Shown one piece after another: positions 19,062-28,579 of a DNA stretch of 64,000 nucleotides; positions within the stretch are counted from its first letter, which is position 1; each line of letters starts with the position of its first letter. The stretch lies in contig CAKOSA010000001.1 of assembly GCA_934101865.1 (NCBI GenBank), forward strand, positions 22,235-86,234, read 5' to 3'. Below the pieces are notes generated by a model, which made no database searches, had not been told where the DNA came from, and saw only the letters and a list, made by a program, of their open reading frames with translations. The translations under genes and the position numbers were made by a program. This stretch comes from an uncultured Bacilli bacterium. GTDB lineage: Bacteria > Bacillota_I > Bacilli_A > RF39 > UBA660.

Positions 19062-19172
19062 CTTAGGTAGTTTTACTTAGTAAAATACTGAAAATTTAAT
19101 GAAAAAAAACAAAAAATAGTTGCATAATTAAAACTATTAATATATAATGAAAAAAGACCAAAAGGAGGAAAT

Positions 19173-20933
19173 ATGATAAAACTATTAAAAAAATTAAAAC
19201 CCAAACAATGGCTATATATACTATTTTGTGTAGCTCTAATCGTTTTACAAGTATATCTAGATCTAAAACTACCCGACTATATGGCTAGTATAACAAAGAT
19301 AGTACAAACCGAAGGAAGTTTAGTCAAAGACGTACTTGGCGAAGGAGCCAAAATGCTCATTTGTGCCTTTGGAAGTTTACTATCCGCTGTTGTTGTTAGC
19401 TATTTTGTAACCAAAGTAGCAGCTACCTTTTCCCGTGATTTAAGAAAAGATATCTTTGAAAAAGTACTATCATTTAGTATGGAAGAAATCAAAAACTTTT
19501 CAACCAGTAGCCTAATCACAAGAACAACTAACGATATAACCCAAGTCCAAATGCTAATAGCAATGGGTATGCAAATGCTTATAAAAGCCCCCATTATGGC
19601 TGTATGGGCAATAATGAAAATATATGGCAAAGGCTTTGAATGGAGTGTCATAACCGCTGGAGCTGTCGGAATACTCCTAATAATGATACTAATACTAGTA
19701 CTAGTAGCCTTACCAAAGTTCAAGATAATACAAAAATTAACCGATAATCTAAACCATACATCAAGAGAAAACCTAACCGGAATAAGAGTAGTAAGAGCCT
19801 TCAATGCCGAGAAATATCAAGAAGGAAAGTTTGCAAGTGCCAATAACGAACTAACCAAAACCAATATGTTTACATCAAGAACAATGGCTCTTCTAACCCC
19901 AGGTATGCAGCTCATAATGTCAGGACTATCCCTTTCCATATATTGGGTTGGAGCCTATATGATAAATGATGCCGGTATGTTAGATAAACTAACCATATTC
20001 AGTAATATGGTCGTATTCTCATCTTATGCAATGCAAGTAGTAATGTCATTTATGATGTTAACAATGATCTTTATATTCTATCCCCGTGCTCAAGTATCCG
20101 CTAAAAGAATACTAGAAATACTAGAAAAAAAACCAAAAATAGTATCTGGAGTATTCAGTGGAAAAACCAAAGAAACAGGAACAATAGAATTTAAAGATGT
20201 AACATTTAGATACCCAGATGCCGAAGAAAATATGCTTGAAAACATATCATTCAAAGTCGAAAAAGGAGAAACAGTAGCCTTTATCGGATCAACAGGTTCC
20301 GGAAAATCAACCCTAGTTAACCTCATACCAAGATTCTATGACGCCACTTATGGTGAAGTATTAGTAGACGGAGTAAACGTAAAAAACTATAAACTAGAAG
20401 AACTAAATAATCGTCTTGGCTATGTATCCCAAAAGCCAATAATATTTTCAGGAACAGTATCATCAAACATATCTTACGGATTAGTAAATAACAAAAAAGT
20501 ATCAAAAAGTAAGATAGAAGAAGCAAGTAAAGTAGCCCAAGCCAGTGAATTTATCGAAAAAATGGAAGACAAATACAATTCCAGTATCTCAAGATCAGGA
20601 ACCAATATATCAGGTGGACAAAAACAAAGACTATCAATAGCCCGTGCTATTGCTAGAGATCCCGAAATATATATCTTTGACGATACCTTCTCAGCACTAG
20701 ATTACAAAACCGATACCACTCTTAGAAAAGAATTAAAAAAACACACCAAAGATGCCACAACCCTAATAGTAGCCCAAAGAATAGGAACTATCAAAAATGC
20801 CGATAAAATAATCGTTCTAAATGAAGGAAAAATAGTAGGACAGGGAACACACAAAGAACTATTAAAAACCTGTGATGTTTATAAAGAAATAGCCCTATCC
20901 CAGTTAAGTAAGGAGGAACTCGAAAATGCATAA
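19173..20933 (+). CDS. ABC exporter permease/ATPase subunit of a heterodimer, with a degenerate ATP site (Walker B ...FDD, H-loop Gln)
   Basis: Six-TM domain plus NBD. Walker A GSTGSGKST. Signature ISGGQKQRLSIARA. Walker B IYIFDDTFSALD has D in place of the catalytic E. H-loop AQR in place of AHR. Confidence 0.85.
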   Translation: MIKLLKKLKPKQWLYILFCVALIVLQVYLDLKLPDYMASITKIVQTEGSLVKDVLGEGAKMLICAFGSLLSAVVVSYFVTKVAATFSRDLRKDIFEKVLSFSMEEIKNFSTSSLITRTTNDITQVQMLIAMGMQMLIKAPIMAVWAIMKIYGKGFEWSVITAGAVGILLIMILILVLVALPKFKIIQKLTDNLNHTSRENLTGIRVVRAFNAEKYQEGKFASANNELTKTNMFTSRTMALLTPGMQLIMSGLSLSIYWVGAYMINDAGMLDKLTIFSNMVVFSSYAMQVVMSFMMLTMIFIFYPRAQVSAKRILEILEKKPKIVSGVFSGKTKETGTIEFKDVTFRYPDAEENMLENISFKVEKGETVAFIGSTGSGKSTLVNLIPRFYDATYGEVLVDGVNVKNYKLEELNNRLGYVSQKPIIFSGTVSSNISYGLVNNKKVSKSKIEEASKVAQASEFIEKMEDKYNSSISRSGTNISGGQKQRLSIARAIARDPEIYIFDDTFSALDYKTDTTLRKELKKHTKDATTLIVAQRIGTIKNADKIIVLNEGKIVGQGTHKELLKTCDVYKEIALSQLSKEELENA

Positions 20934-22707
20934 TCACGAAAATAACGATAATCAAGTAAAAGACTTCAAAAAAGCCATAACAACCCTTCTAAAAAACTGT
21001 AAACCATATAAAACACCCATCATCATAGTAATGATTCTATCAGCCCTAGCAAGTGCCTTAGGAGTATATGGGCCAGGAAGATTAAAAGAAATAACCGATA
21101 CCATTACAGAAGGAATAATGACAGGAATAGACTTAAGTAAAGTAACCAAAATAGCCATTACCCTAACCATAGTATACACACTAAGTTGGCTTTTCAACTG
21201 CTTAGCAGGCTTCATAATGGCTACAGTTACCAATAAATTTTCTCAAAAACTAAGAAAAAACCTTTCCCATAAAATAAATAAACTACCCCTAAAATACTTC
21301 GATAAAAACAGTTATGGAGATGTATTATCAAGAATAACTAATGATGTAGATACAATTGGCCAGTCCCTAAACAATAGTATCAGTGACTTTGTAGGTGCCA
21401 TTACCCTCTTTATAGGTTCAATAATAATGATGTTTGCAACCAACTGGATAATGGCCATAACCGGAATAGTAGCCAGTCTAATCGGCTTTGCTCTAATGAT
21501 TGTAATACTATCCAAAAGCCAAAAATACTTCCTTCTTCAACAACAAGAGTTAGGAGAACTAAACGGTCATATCGAGGAAGTATACTCAGGCCACGATGTC
21601 GTAACTGTTTATAACGCTAATAAAGAAACAACCCAAAAGTTCGATGAGATAAACAATAAACTATACGATAGTGCTCGTAAAAGTAGATTTCTATCCGGAC
21701 TTATGATGCCCCTAATGAGCTTTATCGGATCATTCGGATATGTGGCTGTATGCGTGGTAGGAGCAGCCCTTGTTATAAACGGAAATATAACCTTTGGCGT
21801 AATAGTAGCCTTTATGATATACATAAGACTATTCACAAATCCGCTAAGTACAATCGCCCAAGCAATGACCTATATGCAGTCAACTGCTGCCGCATCAGAA
21901 AGAGTATTCGACTTCCTAGATGAAGAAGAAATGCCAAGCGAAAGAAATATTACCAAAAAATTACTACCCGAAGAAGTAAAAGGAAACGTTATCTTTGACC
22001 ACGTAAAATTTGGCTATGACGAAGACAAAATAATCATAAAAGACTTCTCAGCTAATATCAAAGCCGGTTCTAAGGTTGCTATCGTTGGCCCTACGGGAGC
22101 CGGTAAAACAACGATGGTTAACTTACTTATGAAGTTTTACGATATAAATTCCGGTGATATCAAAATAGATGACATATCCGTAAAGGACCTAACCAGAGAA
22201 AACGTTCACGACCTCTTTGTAATGGTACTTCAAGATACTTGGCTCTTTAAAGGCACAATCAAAGATAACATTAGATTTAATAGAGAAAATATAACAGATG
22301 AAGAGATAAAGAAAGCGTGTAAAACCGTTGGGATGGACCACTACATAAGATCCCTCTCCAAAGGATACGACACAATGCTTGAAGAAGTAGATAACCTTTC
22401 TGCTGGACAAAAACAATTACTAACAATAGCCCGTTGTATGACAAGTTCAGCCCCATTGTTAATATTAGATGAAGCAACATCATCAGTAGATACTAGAACC
22501 GAAGAACTAGTCCAAAAAGCAATGGATAAACTAACTGAGGGCAAAACATCCTTTATAATAGCCCATCGATTATCTACAATCAAAAATGCTGATTTAATTT
22601 TAGTTATGAACGAAGGTAACATCATTGAACAAGGTAATCACGAAGAATTACTAAAACAAGACGGTTTCTATGCTAAATTATATAATTCCCAATTTGAAAA
22701 TGTGTAA
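20926..22707 (+). CDS. ABC exporter permease/ATPase subunit, the partner with a canonical catalytic site
   Basis: Walker A GPTGAGKTT, signature LSAGQKQ, Walker B LLILDEATSSVD, H-loop IAHRLST. Overlaps the upstream subunit gene by 8 nt. Confidence 0.85.
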   Translation: MHNHENNDNQVKDFKKAITTLLKNCKPYKTPIIIVMILSALASALGVYGPGRLKEITDTITEGIMTGIDLSKVTKIAITLTIVYTLSWLFNCLAGFIMATVTNKFSQKLRKNLSHKINKLPLKYFDKNSYGDVLSRITNDVDTIGQSLNNSISDFVGAITLFIGSIIMMFATNWIMAITGIVASLIGFALMIVILSKSQKYFLLQQQELGELNGHIEEVYSGHDVVTVYNANKETTQKFDEINNKLYDSARKSRFLSGLMMPLMSFIGSFGYVAVCVVGAALVINGNITFGVIVAFMIYIRLFTNPLSTIAQAMTYMQSTAAASERVFDFLDEEEMPSERNITKKLLPEEVKGNVIFDHVKFGYDEDKIIIKDFSANIKAGSKVAIVGPTGAGKTTMVNLLMKFYDINSGDIKIDDISVKDLTRENVHDLFVMVLQDTWLFKGTIKDNIRFNRENITDEEIKKACKTVGMDHYIRSLSKGYDTMLEEVDNLSAGQKQLLTIARCMTSSAPLLILDEATSSVDTRTEELVQKAMDKLTEGKTSFIIAHRLSTIKNADLILVMNEGNIIEQGNHEELLKQDGFYAKLYNSQFENV

Positions 22708-22730
22708 AACAGTATTCCTTAGTTGGACTG

Positions 22731-22762
22731 AAAGAACCAAGCCAAAAAGCTTAGTTCTTTTT
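22731..22762 (+). repeat. 32-bp direct repeat copy 1, which is also a terminator hairpin: left boundary of the DpnII-type cassette
   Basis: AAAGAACCAAGCCAAAAAGCTTAGTTCTTTTT, identical to 25398..25429. Stem AAGAACCAAGC/GCTTAGTTCTT with one mismatch, loop CAAAAA, then TTTTT. Confidence 0.8.
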
Positions 22763-22850
22763 AGTATTAAACACAATATTAGTAACAAAAAAGTCAATTA
22801 TTATGATATAATATTATAAACATTATAAATAAAAAATCAGGAGGAAATGT

Positions 22851-23699
22851 ATGATTAAAGGAAAACCATTTGTAAAGTGGGCCGGAGGAAAAAGACAAAT
22901 AATAGATAAATTAAAACAATATGTTCCCGATGAGTTTAATACTTATTATGAACCATTTATAGGTGGAGGAGCATTATTGTTTGAACTTTCGCCTAAAAAA
23001 GCCGTTATTAATGATTGCAATAAAGAACTGATGAATGTATATGAATGTATTAAAGATGAGAAAAAGTTTGAAGCAATGTGCCGAGAACTAAATCATCACG
23101 AAACCGAACATTCAGAAGAATATTATTACGAGATTAGAAACATTGATAGGGATAAAAAGAAATTTAATAAGTTAGCAGACTATAAAAGAGCAGCTCGTAC
23201 TATTTACTTAAACAAAGCTTGTTTTAATGGCTTATATAGAGTTAATAGTAACAATGAATTTAACGTACCATTTGGTAAAAAAACTAAGGTAAATACTTAT
23301 GAAGGACAAAATTTAGGTATTATTTGTGGATACTTAAATTATAATGACATTAAGCTATTATCAGTAGATTTTGAAGAGGCAGTAAAAGATGCAAAAAAAG
23401 GAGATTTTATTTATTTTGATCCACCTTATGATTCTGATACATCAACATTTAATAGTTATACCGAAGATGGTTTTGGCAAGGAAGAACAAAAACGCCTTGC
23501 CAAAGTATTTAAAGAACTATCTGATAGAGGCTGTTATGTGATGCTTTCTAATCATAACACAATATTAGTAAATGAATTATATAAAGATTTCAATATTCAT
23601 ATAATTGAAGCAAAGAGAAATATTAATGCTAATGGAAAGAAGAGAGGTGAAGTAGAAGAATTAATTATTACAAATTTTGAAAATAAAAGAGGATTTTAA
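22851..23699 (+). CDS. dpnM: DNA adenine methyltransferase, DpnM/Dam family (GATC, D12 class N6-adenine MTase)
   Basis: FVKWAGGKRQ SAM motif, DPPY motif (FIYFDPPY), and a C-terminal block YVMLSNHNTILVNELYKDFNIHIIEAKR. 282 aa. Strong similarity, from memory, to S. pneumoniae DpnM. Confidence 0.85.
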   Translation: MIKGKPFVKWAGGKRQIIDKLKQYVPDEFNTYYEPFIGGGALLFELSPKKAVINDCNKELMNVYECIKDEKKFEAMCRELNHHETEHSEEYYYEIRNIDRDKKKFNKLADYKRAARTIYLNKACFNGLYRVNSNNEFNVPFGKKTKVNTYEGQNLGIICGYLNYNDIKLLSVDFEEAVKDAKKGDFIYFDPPYDSDTSTFNSYTEDGFGKEEQKRLAKVFKELSDRGCYVMLSNHNTILVNELYKDFNIHIIEAKRNINANGKKRGEVEELIITNFENKRGF

Positions 23700-23731
23700 T
23701 AGTCAATGATGTATAATAAAGGAGGTAGTAT

Positions 23732-24499
23732 GTGAATAAAAAGTTTTATTATGAAGATAAAGATTTTAAACTCATACAAGGTGATTCTTTTAAAATATTA
23801 AAAGAAATAGAACCAAAAAGCATTGATATGATATTTGCTGACCCCCCTTATTTTTTATCCAGTGATGGTATTTCTTGTAGTGGCGGAAAAATGGTATCAG
23901 TAAATAAAGGTAATTGGGATAAATCTATCAGTATAGAAGAAAAACATAAATTTAATCGAAAGTGGATTAAACTATGCTATCATATATTAAAAGATAATGG
24001 TACTATTTGGATTAGCGGAACTATGCACAATATTTATTCAATAGGTATGGCATTGGAACAAGAAGGATTTAAAATAATAAATAATATAACTTGGAAAAAG
24101 TTAAATCCTCCACCAAATATTAGTTGTAGGGCATTTGTTCATTCCACTGAAACAATTCTATGGGCTAAAAAAAATTTAAAAAATTCCAAACACAAATTTA
24201 ATTATTCATTGATGAGAGAATTAAACGGGGATAAACAAATGAAAGATGTTTGGGAGTCATCACTCACTAAACCTAGTGAGAAAAAATGTGGTAAACATCC
24301 TACTCAAAAACCTATGGAAATATTAGAAAAAATTATATTATCATCAACAGATGAAGGTGATTTAATATTAGATCCATTTAATGGAAGCGGTACTACTGGA
24401 ATTGTTGCTAGTAGATTAAATAGAAAGTATATAGGTATCGAAAAAGAAAAAGAATATTTTGACTTAACAATAAGAAGAAAGGAAAGTGATATAAAATGA
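23732..24499 (+). CDS. dpnA: Second DNA N6-adenine methyltransferase of the DpnII system (DpnA-like, ssDNA-active in the pneumococcal system)
   Basis: MIFADPPYFLSSDG, WISGTMHNIYSIGMALEQEGFKI, KHPTQKP, and a GSGTTG motif. 255 aa, closely resembling pneumococcal DpnA as recalled. Confidence 0.8.
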   Translation: MNKKFYYEDKDFKLIQGDSFKILKEIEPKSIDMIFADPPYFLSSDGISCSGGKMVSVNKGNWDKSISIEEKHKFNRKWIKLCYHILKDNGTIWISGTMHNIYSIGMALEQEGFKIINNITWKKLNPPPNISCRAFVHSTETILWAKKNLKNSKHKFNYSLMRELNGDKQMKDVWESSLTKPSEKKCGKHPTQKPMEILEKIILSSTDEGDLILDPFNGSGTTGIVASRLNRKYIGIEKEKEYFDLTIRRKESDIK

Positions 24500-25389
24500 A
24501 ACGTGAATTTAATGATGTAATAAAAGGTCTAAAAAAGAGTATTACTCCAACTGATTTTTTTGTAGATTATCCTAAGGTATATTTAAATATAAAAGATTAT
24601 GAAAGACATTTAAATTTATTAAATAGTTTAATTGGTAAAGAAAATATTGAAGAAGAATTTATTGATTTAATATCCGAATATCCAGAAATAATGAAATCAA
24701 TTCCAATTCTTTTAGCAACCCACGAAACAAAATTTGATATTGTAAATGTTCCAACAATGACAATACTTGACAATATAAAAAATAGAAATTTTAATATTAT
24801 AGATGAACAATATATATGCTATGATTTTATTCAATTAAATCATCCTATTGAAGATTATGCTGAATTCTTAAAAAAGAGTGGTTTATTAGAATTGCTAAAA
24901 GATAAAAAGATTAAAAGCCTTGTTGATTATGCAATAGGAATAGAAGTAGGTATGGATACTAATGCTAGAAAATCTAGGTCTGGAAAAATAATGGAAACAA
25001 TAGTTGAAGAATATATTAAACTTTTAGATATTCAATATAATTGTCAAATGAAAAGTGCAAATATAGATAAGAAATATGGAACCAATTTATGTTCAATAGG
25101 TAAAGCAACTAAAAAGTTTGATTTTGTTTATAAAAGTAAAACTGATGGAAAAATAATAGTTATGGAAGTTAATTATTATGGAAAGCAAGGATCAAAACCA
25201 AATGAAACTGCAAAAAGCTATATTGAATTAAACAATAAAATAAAAGCAATTGATAATGTGAAATTTGTTTGGATAACTGACGGAAGAGGGTGGTTACCAT
25301 CTAAAACCAATTTAGAAGATGCTTATGATGAAATTGAATATTTATATACGCTTGAGGATTTAGAAAAAGGCATTTTAGAAAAAATATAA
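24496..25389 (+). CDS. dpnB: Type II restriction endonuclease, DpnII/MboI family (GATC-specific, cuts unmethylated DNA)
   Basis: 297 aa with GIEVGMDTN, KFDFV, EVNYYG..GSK.NETAKSY and FVWITDGRGW blocks typical of the DpnII/MboI REase family. Overlaps the dpnA-like gene by 4 nt. Confidence 0.75.
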   Translation: MKREFNDVIKGLKKSITPTDFFVDYPKVYLNIKDYERHLNLLNSLIGKENIEEEFIDLISEYPEIMKSIPILLATHETKFDIVNVPTMTILDNIKNRNFNIIDEQYICYDFIQLNHPIEDYAEFLKKSGLLELLKDKKIKSLVDYAIGIEVGMDTNARKSRSGKIMETIVEEYIKLLDIQYNCQMKSANIDKKYGTNLCSIGKATKKFDFVYKSKTDGKIIVMEVNYYGKQGSKPNETAKSYIELNNKIKAIDNVKFVWITDGRGWLPSKTNLEDAYDEIEYLYTLEDLEKGILEKI

Positions 25390-25397
25390 AACTAACC

Positions 25398-25429
25398 AAA
25401 GAACCAAGCCAAAAAGCTTAGTTCTTTTT
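25398..25429 (+). repeat. 32-bp direct repeat copy 2, which is also a terminator hairpin: right boundary of the DpnII-type cassette
   Basis: Exact copy of 22731..22762, located immediately after the REase stop. Confidence 0.8.
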
Positions 25430-25468
25430 ATTATTCCCAAATCATAAACTTAATCAAGGAGTGATACA

Positions 25469-26659
25469 ATGAAAGTCATAATAGATCCCGCTAGGGGAGG
25501 AAACGATACCGGAGTAAGTGGGGGAGGAATAACCGAAAAAGATTGGAACCTCACCATATCAAAATACATCTACAATATCCTCAAAAATAATGGCATCGAA
25601 GCCTACCTAACTCGAACTGAGGATATCGATATTCCTGAAGCCGAGCGGGCTACTAAAATAAAAAACTACGCCGCCTCATCAAACGATATCATCGTTATAT
25701 CCAATCGCCTAAATGAAGGTAAAGACGATGGAGCCGAAATCATCTATCCATTAAGAAGTACTGATAACCTCGCCAAAGCCCTTGCCACCGCCCTCGAAAA
25801 TACAGGTCAAAACGTAAACAAATACTATCAACGACGCCTCCCATCCGATCTTGCCTCCGACTACGACTACATAATAAGAAACACCTCTCCCTACGAAACC
25901 CTCATCATAAACTACGGCTATGTCGATAGCCCTGAGGACGATGTAACCCAGTTAAAAAACTATCAACGCTTAGGTGACGCCATTGCAAGTGCTATCATAT
26001 CTCGCGTGTCTTCTAGCGGTACTTACACCGTAAAAACCGGCGATACCCTTTACAGTATTGCCAAGAAATATAACGTCTCCGTAAACGCTCTCAAAACCCT
26101 AAACAACCTCTCCACAAATACCCTTAGAGTAGGCCAAAAACTAAAAATCCCCGCCCAAGAAACCACAACCCCTTCTGCTCCTACCACTCCAAGTACAAAT
26201 ACCTATACCGTAAAAAGAGGCGATACTCTCTATGGGATAGCCCGTGATAATAACACCACTGTCGATACCCTCAAAAGCCTCAATAACCTCACCACCACTA
26301 ACCTAAGTATAGGCCAAACTATAAAACTACCAACTTCCTCCTCATCACCTTCCGGCACCCCCAATACCCTAACATACACCATAAAAAAAGGCGACACTCT
26401 CTACGGCATAGCCACCAAATATAATACCACCATCTCCGCCATCAAATCCCTAAACAATCTTGACACCAACACCCTAACCATTGGCAAAACCCTCAAAATC
26501 CCCACCACCACTTCCTACACAACCTATACCGTGAAAAAAGGCGATAACCTCTATACCATAGCCCGTAAATATAACACCACCGTAAACAATCTCGTTAACC
26601 TAAACAACCTCAAAACCACCACCCTCTCTATCGGTCAAACCCTCAAAGTCCCCCTCTAA
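25469..26659 (+). CDS. N-acetylmuramoyl-L-alanine amidase (Amidase_3) with five C-terminal LysM repeats
   Basis: MKVIIDPARGGNDTGVSG amidase_3 N-terminus. Five repeats of the form YTVKxGDTLYxIAxKYNxxxxxLxxLNNL..xxLxxGQxLKIP. Confidence 0.85.
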   Translation: MKVIIDPARGGNDTGVSGGGITEKDWNLTISKYIYNILKNNGIEAYLTRTEDIDIPEAERATKIKNYAASSNDIIVISNRLNEGKDDGAEIIYPLRSTDNLAKALATALENTGQNVNKYYQRRLPSDLASDYDYIIRNTSPYETLIINYGYVDSPEDDVTQLKNYQRLGDAIASAIISRVSSSGTYTVKTGDTLYSIAKKYNVSVNALKTLNNLSTNTLRVGQKLKIPAQETTTPSAPTTPSTNTYTVKRGDTLYGIARDNNTTVDTLKSLNNLTTTNLSIGQTIKLPTSSSSPSGTPNTLTYTIKKGDTLYGIATKYNTTISAIKSLNNLDTNTLTIGKTLKIPTTTSYTTYTVKKGDNLYTIARKYNTTVNNLVNLNNLKTTTLSIGQTLKVPL

Positions 26660-26737
26660 TATCTAAATTTGACAACTTTTGTCGAATGACTTGCACAATA
26701 AAAAAAATATGCTATTATATACTTAGGAGGAATAAAT

Positions 26738-26833
26738 ATGCCAAGATATATCCTAGCCTTAGATATCTTTGATGACATGCTAAACGACTTAAAAGACATC
26801 AAAATAAATACCTATCTAATAAAAGAAAAATAG
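26738..26833 (+). CDS. Possible 31-aa small ORF with a strong RBS upstream of the TasA-like paralog B
   Basis: AGGAGG lies 8 nt before the ATG. It encodes MPRYILALDIFDDMLNDLKDIKINTYLIKEK. Not in the ORF track because it is under 60 aa. Coding status is uncertain. Confidence 0.25.
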   Translation: MPRYILALDIFDDMLNDLKDIKINTYLIKEK

Positions 26834-26902
26834 ACTAAACCCCTTGCAAATACCCCCATTATATGATAAAATTTACTTATATTAAAGTAAGAGGTGAATA
26901 TA

Positions 26903-28426
26903 GTGGACACTACCAATAATAAAAGAAAACTAATCCTATCCCTAGTCCTACTAACATCAGTAGTACTACTAGGAACCTTTGCTTGGTACGTATGGTCAAG
27001 TAAAGAAAATACCAGTATGAACGTAACAATTGGGGAACTAGCCGATGTAACCTTTAAAACCGGAACCGATATAAATATAACCAATCTATCCCCAAGTTTT
27101 AACTATGATGACGGAGCCCTAACCGAGTTCTCCATAAAGAAAAAGAAAGACCTAACTACGGAACTAAATACTAACATATATCTAGATATCACTTCCATAT
27201 CCGATAGCCTAAAATCATCAGCCTTCAAATATGAATTACTAAGTAGTAGTGACGGTAATACATATAATAGTGTAGCTAGTGGTAACTTCCAAGACGCATC
27301 CGTAGGTAAATTAAATATATTAACCGATACCCCCCTAGCTGATAACAGAACCTATTATAAACTATATATCTGGATAGATGGTAATGAAGAAAATGATACA
27401 TCTATGCAATCCAGTAGTATGAAAGGGGTATTAAATGTAAATGTATCTACACCTCCGGTTAATGCCATAACCCTAGTTGAGGGGTTAGACGATGGTACCA
27501 CAGGGGATAGTGGAAGTGGAGTATATAAGGTAGAACACGACGCTATTGCGAGTGGTAATAGTGCTACGGGTAATGAAATAAAAGCTACTACTGATTATAG
27601 ATATTATGGTGCTAATGCTAATAACTATATATGCTTAGATATGGAAGGACAGAGTACTTGTCCAGATAGAGGCTTATTTAGGATAATAGGAAGTATTTAC
27701 GAAGAAAATGCTGGTACTAATTTAATTAAGGTAATAAAGGCCACACCCTTAACAGATGGAACAACTAGTACATTTAGTTGGGATTATACTTCAAGTGGCA
27801 CTTATAAAAATATATGGTCTAGTACCACTAGTGGAACGAGTAGTGGGGCCACACTAATGCAATTATTAAATGGTATATATTTAACCAGAGGCTCAGGTAG
27901 TTACTATAATGGTAGTACAACAGCAACAACAATTGATTTTAGTAATACAGGATTAACAGATGTTGCTCAAAGTTTAATGAATACTGGTAAAAGTAATAAT
28001 GGATTAAGTAAATATTATTTAGGGGGATATTCAGATACAAGCTTAAAAACTGATGCCATATATTTAGCAGAAAGAGGCAAGGCAACTAGTAGTGGTAATG
28101 CCTTATACTGGGATGGAAAAGTAGGCTTAATGTATCCAAGTGATTATGGGTATGCAGCGGGAAATGATTGTGTTACTAATACAGCTCCTTATGATTATAA
28201 TGGTGGATGTCGCGATAAAGATTGGTTATATAGAAGTAATAGTTATGAGTGGACACTTACGCCATACGCCTCTGTCACGTTTGGCGTGTGGCTCGTGTAC
28301 AATGGTCACGCGGGCTACGACCGTTCGAGCGGTCCGATCGGTTCCCGCCCCACCTTCTATCTCAAATCTAACATCTCTGTAACAGGCGGAACAGGCACCT
28401 CTTCTGATCCCTATACAGTGGAATAA
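26903..28426 (+). CDS. TasA/camelysin-like protein with a SipW-cognate-type signal anchor, fused to the conserved Cys-containing C-terminal domain (paralog B)
   Basis: Signal anchor KRKLILSLVLLTSVVLLGTFAWYVWSSKENTSMNVTIGEL. INITNLSPS resembles the TasA/CalY NLSNLKPGD block. The C-terminal half is homologous to the 10781..12307 protein. Start chosen as GTG 26903, 5 nt after AGAGGTGA; the ORF-track start 26894 lies inside the RBS. Confidence 0.6.
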   Translation: MDTTNNKRKLILSLVLLTSVVLLGTFAWYVWSSKENTSMNVTIGELADVTFKTGTDINITNLSPSFNYDDGALTEFSIKKKKDLTTELNTNIYLDITSISDSLKSSAFKYELLSSSDGNTYNSVASGNFQDASVGKLNILTDTPLADNRTYYKLYIWIDGNEENDTSMQSSSMKGVLNVNVSTPPVNAITLVEGLDDGTTGDSGSGVYKVEHDAIASGNSATGNEIKATTDYRYYGANANNYICLDMEGQSTCPDRGLFRIIGSIYEENAGTNLIKVIKATPLTDGTTSTFSWDYTSSGTYKNIWSSTTSGTSSGATLMQLLNGIYLTRGSGSYYNGSTTATTIDFSNTGLTDVAQSLMNTGKSNNGLSKYYLGGYSDTSLKTDAIYLAERGKATSSGNALYWDGKVGLMYPSDYGYAAGNDCVTNTAPYDYNGGCRDKDWLYRSNSYEWTLTPYASVTFGVWLVYNGHAGYDRSSGPIGSRPTFYLKSNISVTGGTGTSSDPYTVE

Positions 28427-28449
28427 AATTAAAACAATAATATATATAT

Positions 28450-28474
28450 CTACCCCCTAGTAGGGTAGTTTTTC
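28450..28474 (+). terminator. Rho-independent terminator after TasA-like paralog B
   Basis: CTACCC-CCTAGTA-GGGTAG hairpin followed by TTTTT. Confidence 0.6.
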
Positions 28475-28579
28475 TTTACAAACTATAAAAAAATATAAAA
28501 AATATTAATTTATATATTGCCAACTTTAAATAACTATTATATAATAACATTTAGTAAGTATAAAGAAAGAGGTAGTATA

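Noticed and set aside
28140-28382. Internal + strand ORF (80 aa) in the GC-rich tail of TasA-like paralog B
   Set aside because: It is an alternative frame inside a well-supported longer gene. The local GC-rich composition produces the open frame.
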